Source: Candidatus Bathyarchaeia archaeon
GTDB taxonomy: Archaea; Thermoproteota; Bathyarchaeia; Bathyarchaeales; Bathycorpusculaceae
Assembly: GCA_050012755.1 (NCBI GenBank)
Contig: JBEKGO010000018.1
Coordinates: forward strand, 1 to 47,327
Length of the DNA stretch: 47,327 nucleotides
Direction: 5' to 3'
The position numbers and the translations under genes are program-made. Position 1 is the stretch's first letter. Every line of letters starts with the position of its first letter. The notes under the pieces are model-generated. The model ran no database searches. It saw only the letters and a program-made list of their open reading frames with translations, and had not been told where the DNA came from. Below are positions 45,790-47,327 of this stretch, piece by piece.

Positions 45790-46863
45790 TTAAACAAGCG
45801 TTTTTTGCTTTGCCATGGAAATCAGACTTGAAACTCTAACGCCGATAAGCCTGACTTTACGGTTTTTATGCAAGTAAGGAGCAAGGAGTTCTCTTGCGGT
45901 TTTTTGCAGATCATAGATGCGGTTGGTTAAAAAGGGTAAGGTTTTGGCTTTGGTGTGGGTTTCAAAATGTTCAAAACGAATTTTCAATGTGACGGTTTTG
46001 AAGAGCAGGTTTTGGTTTTCTGTTTCTTTTTGAACGTCGATGCAAAGGTCATTTAACGCTTGCAAAATCACAGTGGAATCAGATGTGTCTTCTTCAAAGG
46101 TGGTTTCGTGGCTTATGCTCTTAACACCAACACGCTCTTCAACCTCGCTGCGGTCAATGCCCCTAGCCATAAGATGCATCTGCCAACCCATAACGCCAAA
46201 CATCGAAGCTAACGATGAAGCATCATACTTTGCCAAGTCGCCGATTGTGTCAACGCCTAACTGTTTAAGTTTAGCCTCAGTTTTACGGCCAACCCAAAGA
46301 AGCCTTCGCACGGGCAAAGGCGCCAAAAATACCTCTTCTTCTTCATCTCGGACAACTGTCAAACCGTCTGGTTTCTGAAAATCGCTGGCAACCTTAGCCA
46401 CAAGCTTGTTCGGACCCACGCCAATAGAGCAAGTCAAATTTTCCCTTTCTTTGATCTCTTTCTTAATCTGCTGAGCCAAAGCCTCCGCCGCAACATAATC
46501 CTTCACCTTGCTCGTTACATCCAAAAAAGCCTCATCAATTCCCCACTGCTCAAACTTATCAGCATATTTGCGTGCGATTTCCATGATTTCTTCTGAAACC
46601 CTGATGTAGAGAGGAAAATTCGGCGGCAAATAAACTGCTACTGGACACAGCCTCCAAGCGTGCGAAATAGGCATGTCTGAGCGGACGCCGACTTTTCTAG
46701 CTATGTAGTTGCTTGTGCTAACGACGCCTCTGCCTTTGCCCCCTTTTGGGCCTGCGCCTACTATGACGGGTTTGCCTAGGATTTCTGGGTGCTCCCGCTC
46801 TTCCACAGCTGTATAAAAATGATCCATATCCAAATGAAAGATGAAGCGCTGCTTCTCACTCAT
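45790..46863 (-). CDS. dinB: Y-family DNA polymerase IV
   Basis: HLDMDHFYTAVE, IDEAFLD, NKLVAKVASD..KPDG and RLIGVRVS motifs. Confidence 0.95.
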   Translation of the reverse strand: MSEKQRFIFHLDMDHFYTAVEEREHPEILGKPVIVGAGPKGGKGRGVVSTSNYIARKVGVRSDMPISHAWRLCPVAVYLPPNFPLYIRVSEEIMEIARKYADKFEQWGIDEAFLDVTSKVKDYVAAEALAQQIKKEIKERENLTCSIGVGPNKLVAKVASDFQKPDGLTVVRDEEEEVFLAPLPVRRLLWVGRKTEAKLKQLGVDTIGDLAKYDASSLASMFGVMGWQMHLMARGIDRSEVEERVGVKSISHETTFEEDTSDSTVILQALNDLCIDVQKETENQNLLFKTVTLKIRFEHFETHTKAKTLPFLTNRIYDLQKTARELLAPYLHKNRKVRLIGVRVSSLISMAKQKTLV

Positions 46864-47089
46864 TACTAGTCAAGAAGCCATTAGCAAGCTACTAATTTGA
46901 ATTTATCGAAGACCAACACCTAAAAGAAATCCGAACAAAAAAACTATCAGACAGAAAATCTGTTGAAAAAAATCTCGGAATTTCTTAAAATGCAATATAG
47001 ATACGCCATGCATAGGCCAAACAAGAACTCTGCAACTCACATCGAGAAATATGCGCTCACGCAAATATCGCTCAAACACCACTTAGAGG

Positions 47090-47327
47090 GCACGACATCT
47101 CAGGTGATTGGTGGCCGCAGGCTGAGCTAGTCGATCGAAATCTTCTAGCTTACACCCCGGCTCCATCAAACCCATCTTTTATGGGAACCTTCGTCCAGTG
47201 AAACTGGAATGGCTGCCTCTTTTCGGGAGAGGCTTCGAGCTTAGATGCTTTCAGCTCTTATCCACAACGGCGTGGCTGCCCAGCAACTGCCTTATCAGAC
47301 AACTGGTTAACTAGAGGCCACAGCGTC
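47090..47327 (-). rRNA. 23S rRNA 3' end (partial; exact end approximate)
   Basis: Conserved GATAAGAGCTGAAAGCATCTAAGC and GGGGTGTAAGC segments of 23S domain VI on the minus strand; no 5S follows. Confidence 0.95.

Noticed and set aside
46864-47090. 5S rRNA or tRNA downstream of 23S
   Set aside because: Only short hairpins consistent with a processing stem; an unlinked 5S is normal in TACK archaea.
1-47327. CRISPR array or cas genes
   Set aside because: No run of identical 25-40 bp repeats with unique, similar-length spacers; the repeats found are separated by whole genes or are short tandem units.

Overview
Archaeal chromosomal window, most likely Bathyarchaeia (TACK). That assignment is an inference from the gene set and protein styles: rpl14e-cbf5, egsA, aCPSF1/FttA-psmB, SepF, REC-PAS-histidine kinases, BHB-intron tRNAs, and a 23S rRNA end with no 5S downstream. 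Housekeeping blocks alternate with small accessory blocks clustered at four tRNA genes: Leu-TAA, Pro-TGG, Ser-GGA and Arg-CCT. Three of these carry introns, two at non-canonical D-arm positions. No integrase, transposase or CRISPR array is present. The most notable unexplained signals are: (1) a GC-rich ~70-nt leader before queT-queC that can form an SD-sequestering H-type pseudoknot, a candidate archaeal preQ0/preQ1 riboswitch; (2) three direct repeats separating single accessory genes in a cassette-like array upstream of tRNA-Arg; (3) tandem att-like copies of the tRNA-Ser 3' end that share a non-tRNA arm and bracket a VapBC module and a MarR/MFS module; (4) a tRNA-Arg intron containing a copy of its own exon; (5) several microproteins missed by the ORF track, one split at an in-phase A_AAA_AAC slippery site; and (6) non-coding repeats phased at 10 bp. 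All family calls come from motif recognition by eye; no database searches were run.
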